From: an uncultured Bacteroidota bacterium
GTDB lineage: Bacteria; Bacteroidota; Bacteroidia; Bacteroidales; F082
NCBI GenBank assembly: GCA_903957365.1
Contig: CAJBPB010000286.1
Span: forward strand, 8,046-72,045
DNA length: 64,000 bases
Direction of reading: 5' to 3'
Positions 29,462 to 40,101 of the stretch are shown here, piece by piece. Positions within the stretch are counted from its first letter, which is position 1. Every line of letters starts with the position of its first letter. The position numbers were made by a program, and so were the translations under genes. The notes beneath the pieces were generated by a model that worked only from the letters and a program-made list of their open reading frames with translations, searched no databases and was not told where the DNA came from.

Positions 29462-30961
29462 TCAATTTTCATCTGTCTGCCACTTGCACGATGCGACACT
29501 TTTTGCAGGTAAGGTATAAGAAAATGATTTTAAACCCTCGTGCACACAAACGGGCAGCGGTAATTCTGAATCATTCTGGATAACTATGGAAGAACTTCCA
29601 TCCGGGTTTTTGAATGCGGAATAATAAAGTCTATTTATTTTATTACCAGTACTTTCGATTCTGAAAGCACCGGGAGCTATCACTTTCGACAAATGTGCCA
29701 TTGTATAATAATGGCTGTTTTTAATCATGGTTGAATAATCAGACGAACTAATATCAATGCAGCCCAAACAAATATCACAACCCCCTGGACGAAAAGGTGC
29801 GTGATTGTCGTCGAGCATGAAATTCCACATAATTACAGCTTTGCAATAGTTATTGATGGTTCCCAGGCAAACCTCGCGCATATTCCACATAAAATCACCT
29901 GCAAAAGTGTAACCTGATCCCCACAATCCGATCGACATTTCAGTAAAATATAAATTCTTATCAGGTCTTTTATTATGAATATCAAGCATTTCAGCAACCT
30001 CGCCACCATAGGCATGATAGGCAGCGCCATCTATAAATCTCGCAGCATCGGCATCTTCATATATCCTTGCCGGATAATCAATCTGGTCCGCACATTCTTC
30101 CTTATTGATATCGTAATCGTAATTATGATCAAATACAATGATTTTCGTTTTTATTCCCGCTTTTAAAAATGCTGGTCCAAGTGCAGTTTTGATAAAATCA
30201 CGCTGCTCCTGCCAACTCATAAACAAGGAGGCAGAATTACCTCTGTTAAGTGGCTCATTCTGAATAGTAATGGCTTCAATGTCAAAACCTTCCCGGTTCA
30301 TCGACTGGATGTATTTTACGAAATAAATGGCATAATCCTGATAGTAACCTGGATTTAACTGGCCACTTGTCCAGGAATCGAATGGTTTCAATTCAGCTAA
30401 ATTATTCACTTTCATCCATTTAGGCGGTGTCCATGGTGAAGCCAATATCTTCACGGAGGGATTGATTGCAAGAATTTCCTTTAAAACCGGAAATAAATCA
30501 CGTTTATCGAGTTCATGCATCGCGAAGTTTTCAATTCCAGGCGTATCGCAATAGGTATAATCCTCCATCGAAAAATCAGAACAGCCGATCGAAACCCGAA
30601 TGTAACTGTAACCCATTCCTTCCTCCGGATCAAAAGTCTCTTTCAGAATTTTCGCCCTGTTTACAGGTGTCATTTTCAACAGATTATAGCAGGTTGAACC
30701 GGTAATTGCAGCCCCAAAACCATCCATTTCCTGATATTTAATTTCAGGATTCAAGGTTATTGTATTTTCTGCCTCAGGAGACTTATTGTCGAATGAAAGC
30801 AATACCTGCTGAAACAACATGCTTTGTGTCTCGGTGGTTACATAAATTTCCACATCGGATTTCTTGCCAGCGTCTACTGAACCTGATTGATCAGCCTGTG
30901 TGACACAGGCAGTAGTTGTCAGTAAAATAAGAGCGAACAAACTAAAAGTGAATGATTTCAT
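29462..30961 (-). CDS. GH30 family glycoside hydrolase (glucosylceramidase-like) lipoprotein
   Basis: 499 aa. Lipobox LTTTAC, MDGFGAAITGS, ASPWTPPKWMK and the ITIQNEP acid/base region. Confidence 0.85.
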   Translation of the reverse strand: MKSFTFSLFALILLTTTACVTQADQSGSVDAGKKSDVEIYVTTETQSMLFQQVLLSFDNKSPEAENTITLNPEIKYQEMDGFGAAITGSTCYNLLKMTPVNRAKILKETFDPEEGMGYSYIRVSIGCSDFSMEDYTYCDTPGIENFAMHELDKRDLFPVLKEILAINPSVKILASPWTPPKWMKVNNLAELKPFDSWTSGQLNPGYYQDYAIYFVKYIQSMNREGFDIEAITIQNEPLNRGNSASLFMSWQEQRDFIKTALGPAFLKAGIKTKIIVFDHNYDYDINKEECADQIDYPARIYEDADAARFIDGAAYHAYGGEVAEMLDIHNKRPDKNLYFTEMSIGLWGSGYTFAGDFMWNMREVCLGTINNYCKAVIMWNFMLDDNHAPFRPGGCDICLGCIDISSSDYSTMIKNSHYYTMAHLSKVIAPGAFRIESTGNKINRLYYSAFKNPDGSSSIVIQNDSELPLPVCVHEGLKSFSYTLPAKSVASCKWQTDEN

Positions 30962-31456
30962 AATGAAAAATGTGAATTAATGACAAAGATTTTGACGCAA
31001 AATATCTTGATTTATTTCAAAGTGTTTTCACAACCAATTTAATATCGGACTACTTCTGAATGTGGTGAAGCTTTTCAACAACTGCTTCATAATAAAACTC
31101 CTGGTTTCATTTTATATCTTCAGATCACTTTAAGATCAGTTCAGCATCAGGATTCTCTTCCAACAATCTCCACAAAGTTACCAAATTGAAATTGATCATT
31201 GTTTTTTTAAGGATATTATTTTATCCATTCACGAGATAAAAATTAAAAATACCAGACTTTCATTCAACATGTTTTGAATCCAAACCGAAAACTTAAAATC
31301 AAAGAACCCTTGTTGAAATCGAATTTTGGTGTAGTCGGACCAAAAATATTCAGACCAGACGACTGTGAATTTCACTAATTTTATCTTATTAATACAATTG
31401 TCTTTGTCTGAACCTTTCAGCTGGTGTATTGTTTAGTTTGTGTAAACAGAGTTTTA

Positions 31457-32239
31457 ATGACTTATTTTCCTATTTATATTTCTGCACTTTTATTCATTCT
31501 GACACTGATGACCATACTTTGGCTGGTGAGTGTCCGGTTAAAAAATGTCAGTATTATTGATATGTTCTGGGGATTTGGTTTCGTGTTATCAGCCTTCTTT
31601 TATGCATATAGTTCTGATGGGTTAACTCCGCGGATAATACTGATTCTTTTATTGGTCACCCTCTGGGGATTAAGGCTTTCGATCTATCTTGCATTACGGA
31701 ACTGGGGCAAAGCCGAAGATTTCCGTTACCAGAAATTCAGAAAAGACTATGGAGAGAAGCGGTACTGGTGGATAAGTTTTTTTCAGACTTTTCTATTACA
31801 GGGAACATTGATGTGGCTGATTTCCGCACCACTTTTGGGTGCAATGATTGAAAAACAGGATTGGAATTTGAATTTTCTTGATTATTTTGGATTGACATTC
31901 TGGTTGATTGGTTTCACTTTTGAAATGGTTGGTGACTTTCAGCTGGCGCAATTCAAACGAAATCCTGAAAACAAAGACAAAGTTTTAAAAAGTGGTTTAT
32001 GGCGTTTTACACGTCATCCCAATTACTTCGGAGATGCAATGATCTGGATCGCTTTTGCGCTGTTCTCGATGGCTGCAGACAGTTATTTACCTGTTGCAGG
32101 CTCAATAATAATGATCTACTTTCTAATTAAAGTTTCAGGTGTTGCGTTGCTTGAGTCAAGCTTAAAAAAAACCAAACCGGAATATCATGAATATATCAGA
32201 CAGACGAATGCTTTCATTCCATGGTTTCCAAAAAAATAA
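31457..32239 (+). CDS. DUF1295 (steroid 5-alpha-reductase-like) membrane protein
   Basis: Start at the ATG at 31457 (MTYFPIYISALL). Multi-TM, with a GLWRFTRHPNYFGD motif. Confidence 0.75.
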   Translation: MTYFPIYISALLFILTLMTILWLVSVRLKNVSIIDMFWGFGFVLSAFFYAYSSDGLTPRIILILLLVTLWGLRLSIYLALRNWGKAEDFRYQKFRKDYGEKRYWWISFFQTFLLQGTLMWLISAPLLGAMIEKQDWNLNFLDYFGLTFWLIGFTFEMVGDFQLAQFKRNPENKDKVLKSGLWRFTRHPNYFGDAMIWIAFALFSMAADSYLPVAGSIIMIYFLIKVSGVALLESSLKKTKPEYHEYIRQTNAFIPWFPKK

Positions 32240-32251
32240 ATACAGGATCTT

Positions 32252-32992
32252 ATGAAACAATTTTTTACTGATAATATCTGGTTAATAATTTTCCTTGCAT
32301 GGGGTTTTCCTTTGGGCATTTACAGAAGCCGGTTCAGAAAACTTGTATATCAAACTGAAAGCTGGACCATAAATATAAAGCCAGTCTTTTTAAAGGAAAT
32401 CAAAGCACTATTCGGAAATATTTCTCCTGAAAATGTCAATTATTTGAAATTCAGAAACTTCTATCGCTTCTATCTGGGCGTTTATATTCTGTTATTCATT
32501 CTATTTTCAACATTAAACCAACAAGAATCCATGAAAAAATTAGAAATCGGGGACAAATTACCCGTGTTTAGTCTGCAAGATCAAAACGGTCAGTTATTCG
32601 ACAGCAGATCACTCCTTGGAAAAAAGAATCTTGTATTGTTCTTCTACCCAAAAGATGACACGCCTGGCTGTACTAAAGAAGCCTGTTCCTTCCGCGATCA
32701 GTTCGAAGTATTCAAAGATGTAAATGCGGAGGTAATCGGAATCAGCGGACAATCAGTAGAAAGTCATAAAAAATTCGCTGAGAAACATCGTCTTACCTAC
32801 CCTTTACTCACCGACACTGGCAATAAACTCCGTAAACAATTCGGAGTGCCGACCAATCTTTTTGGATTATTGCCCGGCCGAGTAACCTATATAACCAATA
32901 AAGAGGGTGAGATTATCCACATTTTCAACTCACAGATGCAGGCTGAAAAACACGTGGATGAGGCGCTGAGAATTTTGAAATCGTTGAAATAA
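32252..32992 (+). CDS. bcp: Bcp-type peroxiredoxin, apparently fused to a 93-aa two-TM N-terminal extension
   Basis: C-terminal 153 aa (from the ATG at 32531, MKKLEIGDKLPVF...FFYPKDDTPGCTKEAC) is a canonical Bcp. There is no stop between 32252 and 32531 in this frame. Confidence 0.8.
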   Translation: MKQFFTDNIWLIIFLAWGFPLGIYRSRFRKLVYQTESWTINIKPVFLKEIKALFGNISPENVNYLKFRNFYRFYLGVYILLFILFSTLNQQESMKKLEIGDKLPVFSLQDQNGQLFDSRSLLGKKNLVLFFYPKDDTPGCTKEACSFRDQFEVFKDVNAEVIGISGQSVESHKKFAEKHRLTYPLLTDTGNKLRKQFGVPTNLFGLLPGRVTYITNKEGEIIHIFNSQMQAEKHVDEALRILKSLK

Positions 32993-33153
32993 AAAAACGT
33001 TCACAATTATTTGCAAATGAATAACGAAATCTCTCACTTATGATACGTTATAGAGCGATCAAAGTAAATGATTACTTTCTAAAACAATGTCATTCTAAAA
33101 TTAATCTGATTCTTAAAAAATAATCCAACACCCTTTTAAGCCTGATAATTTCT

Positions 33154-33161
33154 TACTTTTG
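33154..33161 (+). promoter_or_regulatory. -7 promoter box TACTTTTG for lpdA
   Basis: Exact TAnnTTTG match 37 nt upstream of the ATG at 33198. Confidence 0.35.
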
Positions 33162-33197
33162 CCATTCATCATTCCTTAACTGAAAATTGTAATTTTT

Positions 33198-34589
33198 ATG
33201 AAATATGATCTTATTGTAATTGGAAGCGGACCAGGCGGTTATGTTGCTGCGATCAGAGCTTCACAACTTGGTAAAAAAGTTGCTGTTGTTGAAAAGGCTG
33301 AAATTGGTGGTATCTGTTTAAACTGGGGTTGCATTCCAACCAAGGCACTTTTGAAAAGTGCGCAGGTATTCAATTATTTAAAACATGCCGATGATTATGG
33401 AATCAAGCTGGGTGCTGAAGCTAAACCCGATCTTGAAGCCATTGTGAAACGCAGCCGTGGTGTTGCCGAAGGGATGAGTAAAGGCGTTCAATTCTTATTC
33501 AAAAAGAATAAAATTGATTTGATATCCGGTTTTGGAAAACTGAAAACAGGCAAAAAAGTGGAAGTAACAGATTCTGAGGGCAAAGCAACCATTTTTGATG
33601 CTGACCACGTGATTTTAGCAACCGGTACACGCTCACGTGAATTACCCAATATGAAAATTGATGGTAAAAAGATCATCGGTTACCGACAGGCTATGGTATT
33701 ACCAGAAATGCCTAAGTCAATGGTGGTAGTAGGTTCAGGTGCTATTGGCTCCGAATTTGCCTATTTCTATAACTCCATGGGTGTTGATGTGACTCTTGTA
33801 GAATTCATGCCAAATATCCTGCCAATTGAAGACGAAGAAGTTTCAAAACAACTTGAACGTTCTTTCAAAAAAGCAAAAATGAAAGTGATGACAAGTTCCA
33901 CAGTTGAAAATGTTGATACAAGCGGAACAATCTGCAAAGTAACTATCAAAACAAAAAAAGGCGAAGAAATCGTTGAGGCCGATATCGTTTTATCTGCGGT
34001 TGGTGTTTCAACCAATCTGGAAGGTCTTGGTTTGGAGGAAGTTGGAGTGAAAACTGACAAAGGCAAAGTGTTGGTTGATGAATATTACCGCACCAATATT
34101 GAAGGGGTATATGCTATTGGAGATATCGTTCATGGCCCTGCCCTGGCGCATGTCGCCTCCCACGAAGGCATCACCTGCGTGGAAGCGATTGCAGGTCATC
34201 ATCCTGAACCAGTTGATTATAAGAATGTTCCATCATGTACGTACACAAATCCGGAAGTTGCATCGGTTGGATTGACCGAAAAACAAGCTATTGAAGCCGG
34301 ATATGAAATCAAAGTTGGAAAATTTCCCTTCTCTGCCTCCGGAAAAGCCAGTGCGTCTGGTAACAAGGACGGATTCGTAAAAGTCATTTTCGATGCAAAA
34401 TACGGCGAATGGCTGGGTTGTCATATGATTGGCGACAATGTAACTGAAATGATCGCTGAAGCAGTTGTTGCGCGGAAACTCGAAACAACCGGTCATGAGA
34501 TAATCAAAGCGATGCACCCACACCCAACCATGTCGGAAGCAATTATGGAAGCTGCTGCGGATGCTTACGGTGAAGTAATTCATTTGTAA
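33198..34589 (+). CDS. lpdA: dihydrolipoyl dehydrogenase
   Basis: 463 aa. GSGPGGY FAD motif, redox disulfide GGICLNWGCIPTK, C-terminal HPHPTMSE. Confidence 0.95.
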   Translation: MKYDLIVIGSGPGGYVAAIRASQLGKKVAVVEKAEIGGICLNWGCIPTKALLKSAQVFNYLKHADDYGIKLGAEAKPDLEAIVKRSRGVAEGMSKGVQFLFKKNKIDLISGFGKLKTGKKVEVTDSEGKATIFDADHVILATGTRSRELPNMKIDGKKIIGYRQAMVLPEMPKSMVVVGSGAIGSEFAYFYNSMGVDVTLVEFMPNILPIEDEEVSKQLERSFKKAKMKVMTSSTVENVDTSGTICKVTIKTKKGEEIVEADIVLSAVGVSTNLEGLGLEEVGVKTDKGKVLVDEYYRTNIEGVYAIGDIVHGPALAHVASHEGITCVEAIAGHHPEPVDYKNVPSCTYTNPEVASVGLTEKQAIEAGYEIKVGKFPFSASGKASASGNKDGFVKVIFDAKYGEWLGCHMIGDNVTEMIAEAVVARKLETTGHEIIKAMHPHPTMSEAIMEAAADAYGEVIHL

Positions 34590-34720
34590 ATAATGATTTT
34601 TATAAAATAAGTTACTGAATTACATATTCATAACCACAGATTATCAAATTTGTAAACTGTGAAATGAACTTTCAGAAAATGTTGAATTTTTATCATCATT
34701 GCTAATAAAAATAATGAGTA

Positions 34721-35263
34721 ATGGAAATAATCGAAACAAAAATTAAGGATCTTCTTATCATTAAACCGGTTGTTTTTGAAGACAATCGCGGTTATTTCTT
34801 TGAATCTTACAATAAAGAGAAATTCCTTCAAAAAGGCATCGACCATAACTTTGTACAGGACAACGAATCAAAATCGATGAAAGGCGTTTTGCGTGGTCTG
34901 CATTTTCAGGCACCACCTTTTGCCCAGGGAAAATTGGTCCGTGTAATGAAAGGTGCAGTTCTAGACGTTGCTGTTGACATACGCAAAAACTCACCTACAT
35001 ATGGCCAATGGGCTTCCATTGAACTTACTGAGTCAAATAAATGGATGTACTGGGTTCCTCCCGGACTTGCACATGGGTTTGTAACTTTGGAAGACAATAC
35101 CGTGTTCTTCTACAAATGCACAAATGTGTACAATAAAAATTCAGAGGGAAGTGTCAGATGGAATGATCCTGATTTGAAAATCGATTGGGGCGTTTCAAAC
35201 CCACTCCTATCAGAGAAAGACCAGATTTCCCCACTTTTTAAGGATTTCGTAAGTCCATTTTAA
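34721..35263 (+). CDS. rfbC: dTDP-4-dehydrorhamnose 3,5-epimerase
   Basis: 180 aa. FEDNRGYFFESY, LRGLHFQ and KLVRVMKGAVLDVAVDIR motifs. Confidence 0.92.
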   Translation: MEIIETKIKDLLIIKPVVFEDNRGYFFESYNKEKFLQKGIDHNFVQDNESKSMKGVLRGLHFQAPPFAQGKLVRVMKGAVLDVAVDIRKNSPTYGQWASIELTESNKWMYWVPPGLAHGFVTLEDNTVFFYKCTNVYNKNSEGSVRWNDPDLKIDWGVSNPLLSEKDQISPLFKDFVSPF

Positions 35264-35317
35264 TAAGATTAACCGGGATCATTTCAATTACATTGCGCTA
35301 ATCAATTGTATATTAAA

Positions 35318-36298
35318 ATGTTCAATTTAACTTTCCTTTTAAAAATTATTGAACCCATGGTAAAAAAGAAGTGGTTTGTTCCAGTTGTTATTTTTACATC
35401 CGGATTGGTGATCGGATTTCTGATCTCGAATTTAACAGCAAATTCACAACAGCAAACCCAGATTACAAGCATTACAGTTGAGGATTATATTGAGGTTCCG
35501 GGTTATCCTGATGATCTTACATTTGCAGGTGAAAAAGTTCCACTGGATATTTTTTACACCCGTGAAAGTCTCGAACGTGAACTGATTGTCAATACATACT
35601 GGCATAGTTCTACCATCTTGCTGCTTAAAAGAACCACACGCTGGTTCCCTGTAATTGAACCCATTCTTAAAAAAAATGGTGTCCCTGAAGATTTCAAATA
35701 CCTGTGTCTGATCGAAAGTAATTTATTGCAGGCAAAATCACCTGCCGGAGCAGTTGGTTTCTGGCAGATTTTAGAAGGAACGGCCAAAGAACTTGGATTA
35801 GAAGTTTCTGAAGATGTAGATCAACGGTATGATGTTGAACAATCCACAGAAGCAGCATGCAGGTATTTTTTAAAATCATATCAGAAATACGGAAGCTGGT
35901 CATTGGTTGCTGCATCTTACAATGCAGGGCAAAAGAAAATTTCAGATTTAATGGCTGCACAGCATGTTACATCTTACCATGATTTATTGATGCCTGAAGA
36001 AACTGAACGCTATCTTTTCCGAATTCTGGCAATTAAACTAATCGTGGAAGATCCAAAAGAATATGGCTTTAAACTTAATGAGGATGATTATTACGCTCCG
36101 TTTGCCGGATCAGAAATCAGCGTTTCAGGAAGTGTAGCAAACTGGACCGACTTTGCCCGCCAGCAGGGACTTACCTATAAATTATTGAAATATTTCAATC
36201 CATGGCTTCGTACTGAGAAACTGAAAAATCCATCCGGTAAAACCTATAAAATCAAGATACCGTCTGCACCATATAACAAGACTTATAACCAGATTTAA
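35318..36298 (+). CDS. membrane-anchored lytic transglycosylase (SLT domain)
   Basis: The track start 35306 is a TTG; ATGs at 35318 and 35357 are both possible. SLT motifs LIESNLLQAKSPAGAVGFWQI and AASYNAG. Confidence 0.8.
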   Translation: MFNLTFLLKIIEPMVKKKWFVPVVIFTSGLVIGFLISNLTANSQQQTQITSITVEDYIEVPGYPDDLTFAGEKVPLDIFYTRESLERELIVNTYWHSSTILLLKRTTRWFPVIEPILKKNGVPEDFKYLCLIESNLLQAKSPAGAVGFWQILEGTAKELGLEVSEDVDQRYDVEQSTEAACRYFLKSYQKYGSWSLVAASYNAGQKKISDLMAAQHVTSYHDLLMPEETERYLFRILAIKLIVEDPKEYGFKLNEDDYYAPFAGSEISVSGSVANWTDFARQQGLTYKLLKYFNPWLRTEKLKNPSGKTYKIKIPSAPYNKTYNQI

Positions 36299-36345
36299 AA
36301 CAATTTTCAGTACTTTTTACTGCGACAATTAAAAGATAGATAAGG

Positions 36346-39186
36346 ATGGAAGAACAGATTGCGGAAGATAAATTTCTGGAAATATTCGGTGCAAGGGTGC
36401 ATAACCTGAAGAATATTGATCTTAAAATTCCACGTAATAAACTGGTAGTGATTACTGGATTAAGTGGAAGTGGTAAATCTTCACTGGCATTTGATACTAT
36501 TTATGCAGAGGGTCAGCGCCGTTATATGGAATCATTTTCGGCATACGCGAGGCAGTTTATCGGAAATATGGAACGGCCCGACGTGGATAAAATCACTGGA
36601 TTGAGCCCGGTCATTTCGATTGAGCAAAAGTCAGTTAACCGAAATCCAAGATCAACCGTTGGCACGATAACTGAGATTTATGATTTTCTACGATTGCTCT
36701 ATGCACGCATCGCTGAGGCGTATTCGTACAATTCAGGATTGAAAATGGTACGCTATTCGGAAGATCAGATTACGCATCTTATTCTAGAACAATTTCAAAA
36801 CAAACAGATATACATTCTATCGCCGGTTGTGCGAGGCAGAAAAGGACATTACCGTGAATTGTTCGAGCAAATCAGACAAGCTGGTTTTTTAAAGGTTCGT
36901 GTTGACGGAAAATTACTCGAGATTACTTTCGGCATGCAGCTTGATCGGTACAAAGTGCATGATATTGAGATTGTTATCGACAGACTGATGGTGCGTGACG
37001 AGGACAAAAATCGTATATCACAAACCATCCAGACTGCAATGAAACATGGCAAAGGCTTACTGCAGGTGCTCGACGTTGAGAAGGATGAACTTCGGTATTT
37101 CAGTAAAATGCTGATGTGCCCCGAAACCGGACTGAGTTATGATGAACCGGAGCCTAATAGTTTTTCATTCAATTCACCATACGGAGCCTGTCACAAATGC
37201 AACGGACTGGGAGAAATTTCTGAAATCGACCTGAGTAAAATCATGCCTGACAAAAATCTAAGCATTAAAAAAGGTGGATTTTCGCCACTCGGCGAATTTA
37301 AAAACAACTGGATTTTTAGTCAGCTTGAAGCTATCGGTCTGAAATATGATTTCGATCTGTCCACTCCGATAGGCGAAATCTCAGATGAGGCAATTGATGT
37401 TATTCTTTACGGATCAACTGAAACAATTGAGATCAAGAAAGAATATCTTGGTATTACTTCTTCCTATTCTCTGAATTTTGAAGGAATCATTAATTTTATA
37501 AATAATCAGAACAATGAATCTGCTTCACCAAGTGTAAAACGCTGGGCTTCAGGATTCATGAACCATATTACCTGCCCGGTTTGCGATGGAACACGTTTAA
37601 AAAAAGATGCCCGGTATTTCCTTATCAACCTTAAGAATATTGCTGAATTAGCAAATATGGATGTAAATCAACTATCTGAATGGATTGCTGAATTACCTCA
37701 ATATTTGAATGACAGACAATTACAAATCGGAAAAGAAATCCTCCGTGAAATTGAAAAGCGAATTAGTTTTCTGCTCGATGTTGGTATAGATTACCTTAAC
37801 CTGAACCGTCCGGCAAACAGTTTATCAGGTGGTGAATCCCAACGGATTCGTCTGGCTACGCAAATCGGATCGCAGTTAACAAGTGTATTATACATTCTTG
37901 ATGAGCCAAGTATAGGTCTGCACCAGCGCGATAATCACAGATTGATTGAATCATTGAAGCAACTCCGTGATATCGGTAACTCAGTAATTGTTGTAGAACA
38001 TGACAAAGACACTATACTCGCAGCTGATCATGTTGTTGATATCGGACCAGGCGCTGGCATCCACGGCGGCTGGGTTGTTGCTCAGGGCAAGGCGGGTGAA
38101 ATGATTGATTGTAAAAGTATTACCTGCGAATATCTGAGTTGGAAACGAAAAATTGAAATTCCTGAAAAACGTCGCGAAGGTCATATCGGAAAGCAACTTA
38201 TATTAACTGGTGCAACAGGCCACAATTTAAAAAATGTAACGCTGAAGCTTCCTTTGGGTAAAATGATCTGCGTTACCGGGGTTTCCGGATCTGGCAAATC
38301 AAGCCTTATTAATGAAACGCTTTATCCGATCTTAAGTACCTATTTTTATAATTCTTTGAAATTACCTTTACCCTACGAAAAAATCGAAGGATTGAACTTC
38401 ATAGATAAGGTAATTGAGATCGACCAGTCTCCAATCGGACGCACACCACGCTCTAATCCGGCAACTTATACCAAGATTTTTGATGATATAAGGAAACTTT
38501 TCGGTGAACTGCCTGAATCAAAAATAAGGGGTTATTTACCTGGAAGATTTTCATTCAATGTCAAGGGTGGCAGATGTGAAACGTGCGGTGGCGCGGGCGT
38601 CCGGATCATCGAAATGAATTTTTTACCCGACGTTTCCGTTATTTGTGAGGAATGTCATGGCAAACGGTATAACCGTGAAACGTTGGAAGTCCGCTATCGT
38701 GGGAAATCCATTAACGACATCCTTAACCTGACAATTGAACAGGCCGTTGATTTTTTTGAAAATATTCCTTCTATCGTTCACAAAATCAAAACATTGAAAG
38801 ATGTTGGATTGGGGTATCTGAGTCTTGGACAAGCTTCTACCACTATTTCTGGAGGTGAAGCACAGCGTGTGAAATTATCAGCCGAATTATCAAAAAAAGA
38901 CACTGGGAAAACATTTTACATCCTTGATGAACCAACAACCGGACTCCATTTTGAAGATGTGAAAGTGCTGATTGATGTATTAAACAAACTTGTAAACAAA
39001 GGCAATACCGTGCTTATTATCGAACATAATCTGGAGGTGGTAAAGGTTGCAGATCATGTAATTGATCTGGGACCGGAAGGAGGAACCAAGGGCGGATTTA
39101 TTTTATGTGAAGGAACTCCGGAACAAGTAGCCCAGCATCCGACAAGTTATACGGCACAATATTTAAAACTTGAATTGGAAGGATAA
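36346..39186 (+). CDS. uvrA: excinuclease ABC subunit A
   Basis: 946 aa. Two Walker A sites (GLSGSGKSS, GVSGSGKSS), zinc-finger CxxC pairs and LSGGE signatures. Confidence 0.97.
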   Translation: MEEQIAEDKFLEIFGARVHNLKNIDLKIPRNKLVVITGLSGSGKSSLAFDTIYAEGQRRYMESFSAYARQFIGNMERPDVDKITGLSPVISIEQKSVNRNPRSTVGTITEIYDFLRLLYARIAEAYSYNSGLKMVRYSEDQITHLILEQFQNKQIYILSPVVRGRKGHYRELFEQIRQAGFLKVRVDGKLLEITFGMQLDRYKVHDIEIVIDRLMVRDEDKNRISQTIQTAMKHGKGLLQVLDVEKDELRYFSKMLMCPETGLSYDEPEPNSFSFNSPYGACHKCNGLGEISEIDLSKIMPDKNLSIKKGGFSPLGEFKNNWIFSQLEAIGLKYDFDLSTPIGEISDEAIDVILYGSTETIEIKKEYLGITSSYSLNFEGIINFINNQNNESASPSVKRWASGFMNHITCPVCDGTRLKKDARYFLINLKNIAELANMDVNQLSEWIAELPQYLNDRQLQIGKEILREIEKRISFLLDVGIDYLNLNRPANSLSGGESQRIRLATQIGSQLTSVLYILDEPSIGLHQRDNHRLIESLKQLRDIGNSVIVVEHDKDTILAADHVVDIGPGAGIHGGWVVAQGKAGEMIDCKSITCEYLSWKRKIEIPEKRREGHIGKQLILTGATGHNLKNVTLKLPLGKMICVTGVSGSGKSSLINETLYPILSTYFYNSLKLPLPYEKIEGLNFIDKVIEIDQSPIGRTPRSNPATYTKIFDDIRKLFGELPESKIRGYLPGRFSFNVKGGRCETCGGAGVRIIEMNFLPDVSVICEECHGKRYNRETLEVRYRGKSINDILNLTIEQAVDFFENIPSIVHKIKTLKDVGLGYLSLGQASTTISGGEAQRVKLSAELSKKDTGKTFYILDEPTTGLHFEDVKVLIDVLNKLVNKGNTVLIIEHNLEVVKVADHVIDLGPEGGTKGGFILCEGTPEQVAQHPTSYTAQYLKLELEG

Positions 39187-39265
39187 TTGATATTCAATTA
39201 CTTAATCCTTCAAATATCCTTATCATACATTTCAAGCACAACCGGCAAATAACTTGCACAAATTT

Positions 39266-40036
39266 CTACTCTTTATTCTTTAAGTTGACAAAATCGGTGA
39301 ATGATTTTGCTGCATTGGTGAATTCAGAAGGCATCAGCAAAATGGTCGTTGTATTATTGTCTATACCAATTTCTGACAACATCTGCATACGTCTTAGTTC
39401 AAGAGCTATCGGACTGCCTTCCATTTGTTTGGCACCCTGCGTTAGCTTGATAGATGCTTCCAATTCTGCTTCTGCCTTCACAATCCTTGCTCTCTTTTCA
39501 CGGATTGCCTCTGCTTCACGCGCCATGGCACGTTGCATCGCTTCGGGTATTTCAACATCTTTCATCTCGACCATTTCAATTTTAACACCCCATGGTTCGG
39601 TCGTTTCATCAACAATTTTCTGCAAAGTGCCGTTGATCTGTTCGCGCTCGCGTAAAACCTCATCAAGCGAATGCTGGCCAATAATATTCCTGAGAGCCGT
39701 TACTGAAAACTGATACACGGCCTTGTAATAATCAGCTACCTTAATGATGGCTTTCTCCGGATCAGTGATACGATACCACAGCACGGCATTTACTTTTATT
39801 GTAACGCTGTCTTTGGTAATGGTTTCCTGTTGCTCCAGATCCACAGTACTTGTTCTGATATCGACCAACTGCTGGCGTTCAATTAATGGTATAATCCAGA
39901 AAATTCCGGGACCTTTCACTTTCGTAAATCTTCCCAGACGAAAAACGATCGAGCGTTGATACTCTTGTGCAATCCTGATTCCGGAGGCAAGGATTACTAA
40001 AATAATCAATCCAAACGTTAAAAATGGCATTTCCAT
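39266..40036 (-). CDS. SPFH/Band-7 (stomatin-like, slipin) membrane protein
   Basis: 256 aa. N-terminal TM, then the RIAQEYQRSIVFRLGRF...GPGIFWIIP SPFH core and a coiled-coil Ala/Glu-rich region. Confidence 0.9.
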   Translation of the reverse strand: MEMPFLTFGLIILVILASGIRIAQEYQRSIVFRLGRFTKVKGPGIFWIIPLIERQQLVDIRTSTVDLEQQETITKDSVTIKVNAVLWYRITDPEKAIIKVADYYKAVYQFSVTALRNIIGQHSLDEVLREREQINGTLQKIVDETTEPWGVKIEMVEMKDVEIPEAMQRAMAREAEAIREKRARIVKAEAELEASIKLTQGAKQMEGSPIALELRRMQMLSEIGIDNNTTTILLMPSEFTNAAKSFTDFVNLKNKE

Positions 40037-40101
40037 GGTTACAGATTTAGTTATTATAATTAAAAAAATTATTAATCAATAATTTATTATGAAACAAAGA
40101 C

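Noticed and set aside
39285-39713. 142-aa ORF antisense to the SPFH gene. There are similar antisense ORFs at 34233..34583, 49758..50120, 7141..8551, 24532..24825 and 12625..12987.
   Set aside because: All lie fully inside, and opposite to, genes with strong family signatures. Their translations are low-complexity or Ser/Ile/Cys-rich with no motifs. These are typical shadow ORFs in AT-rich DNA.
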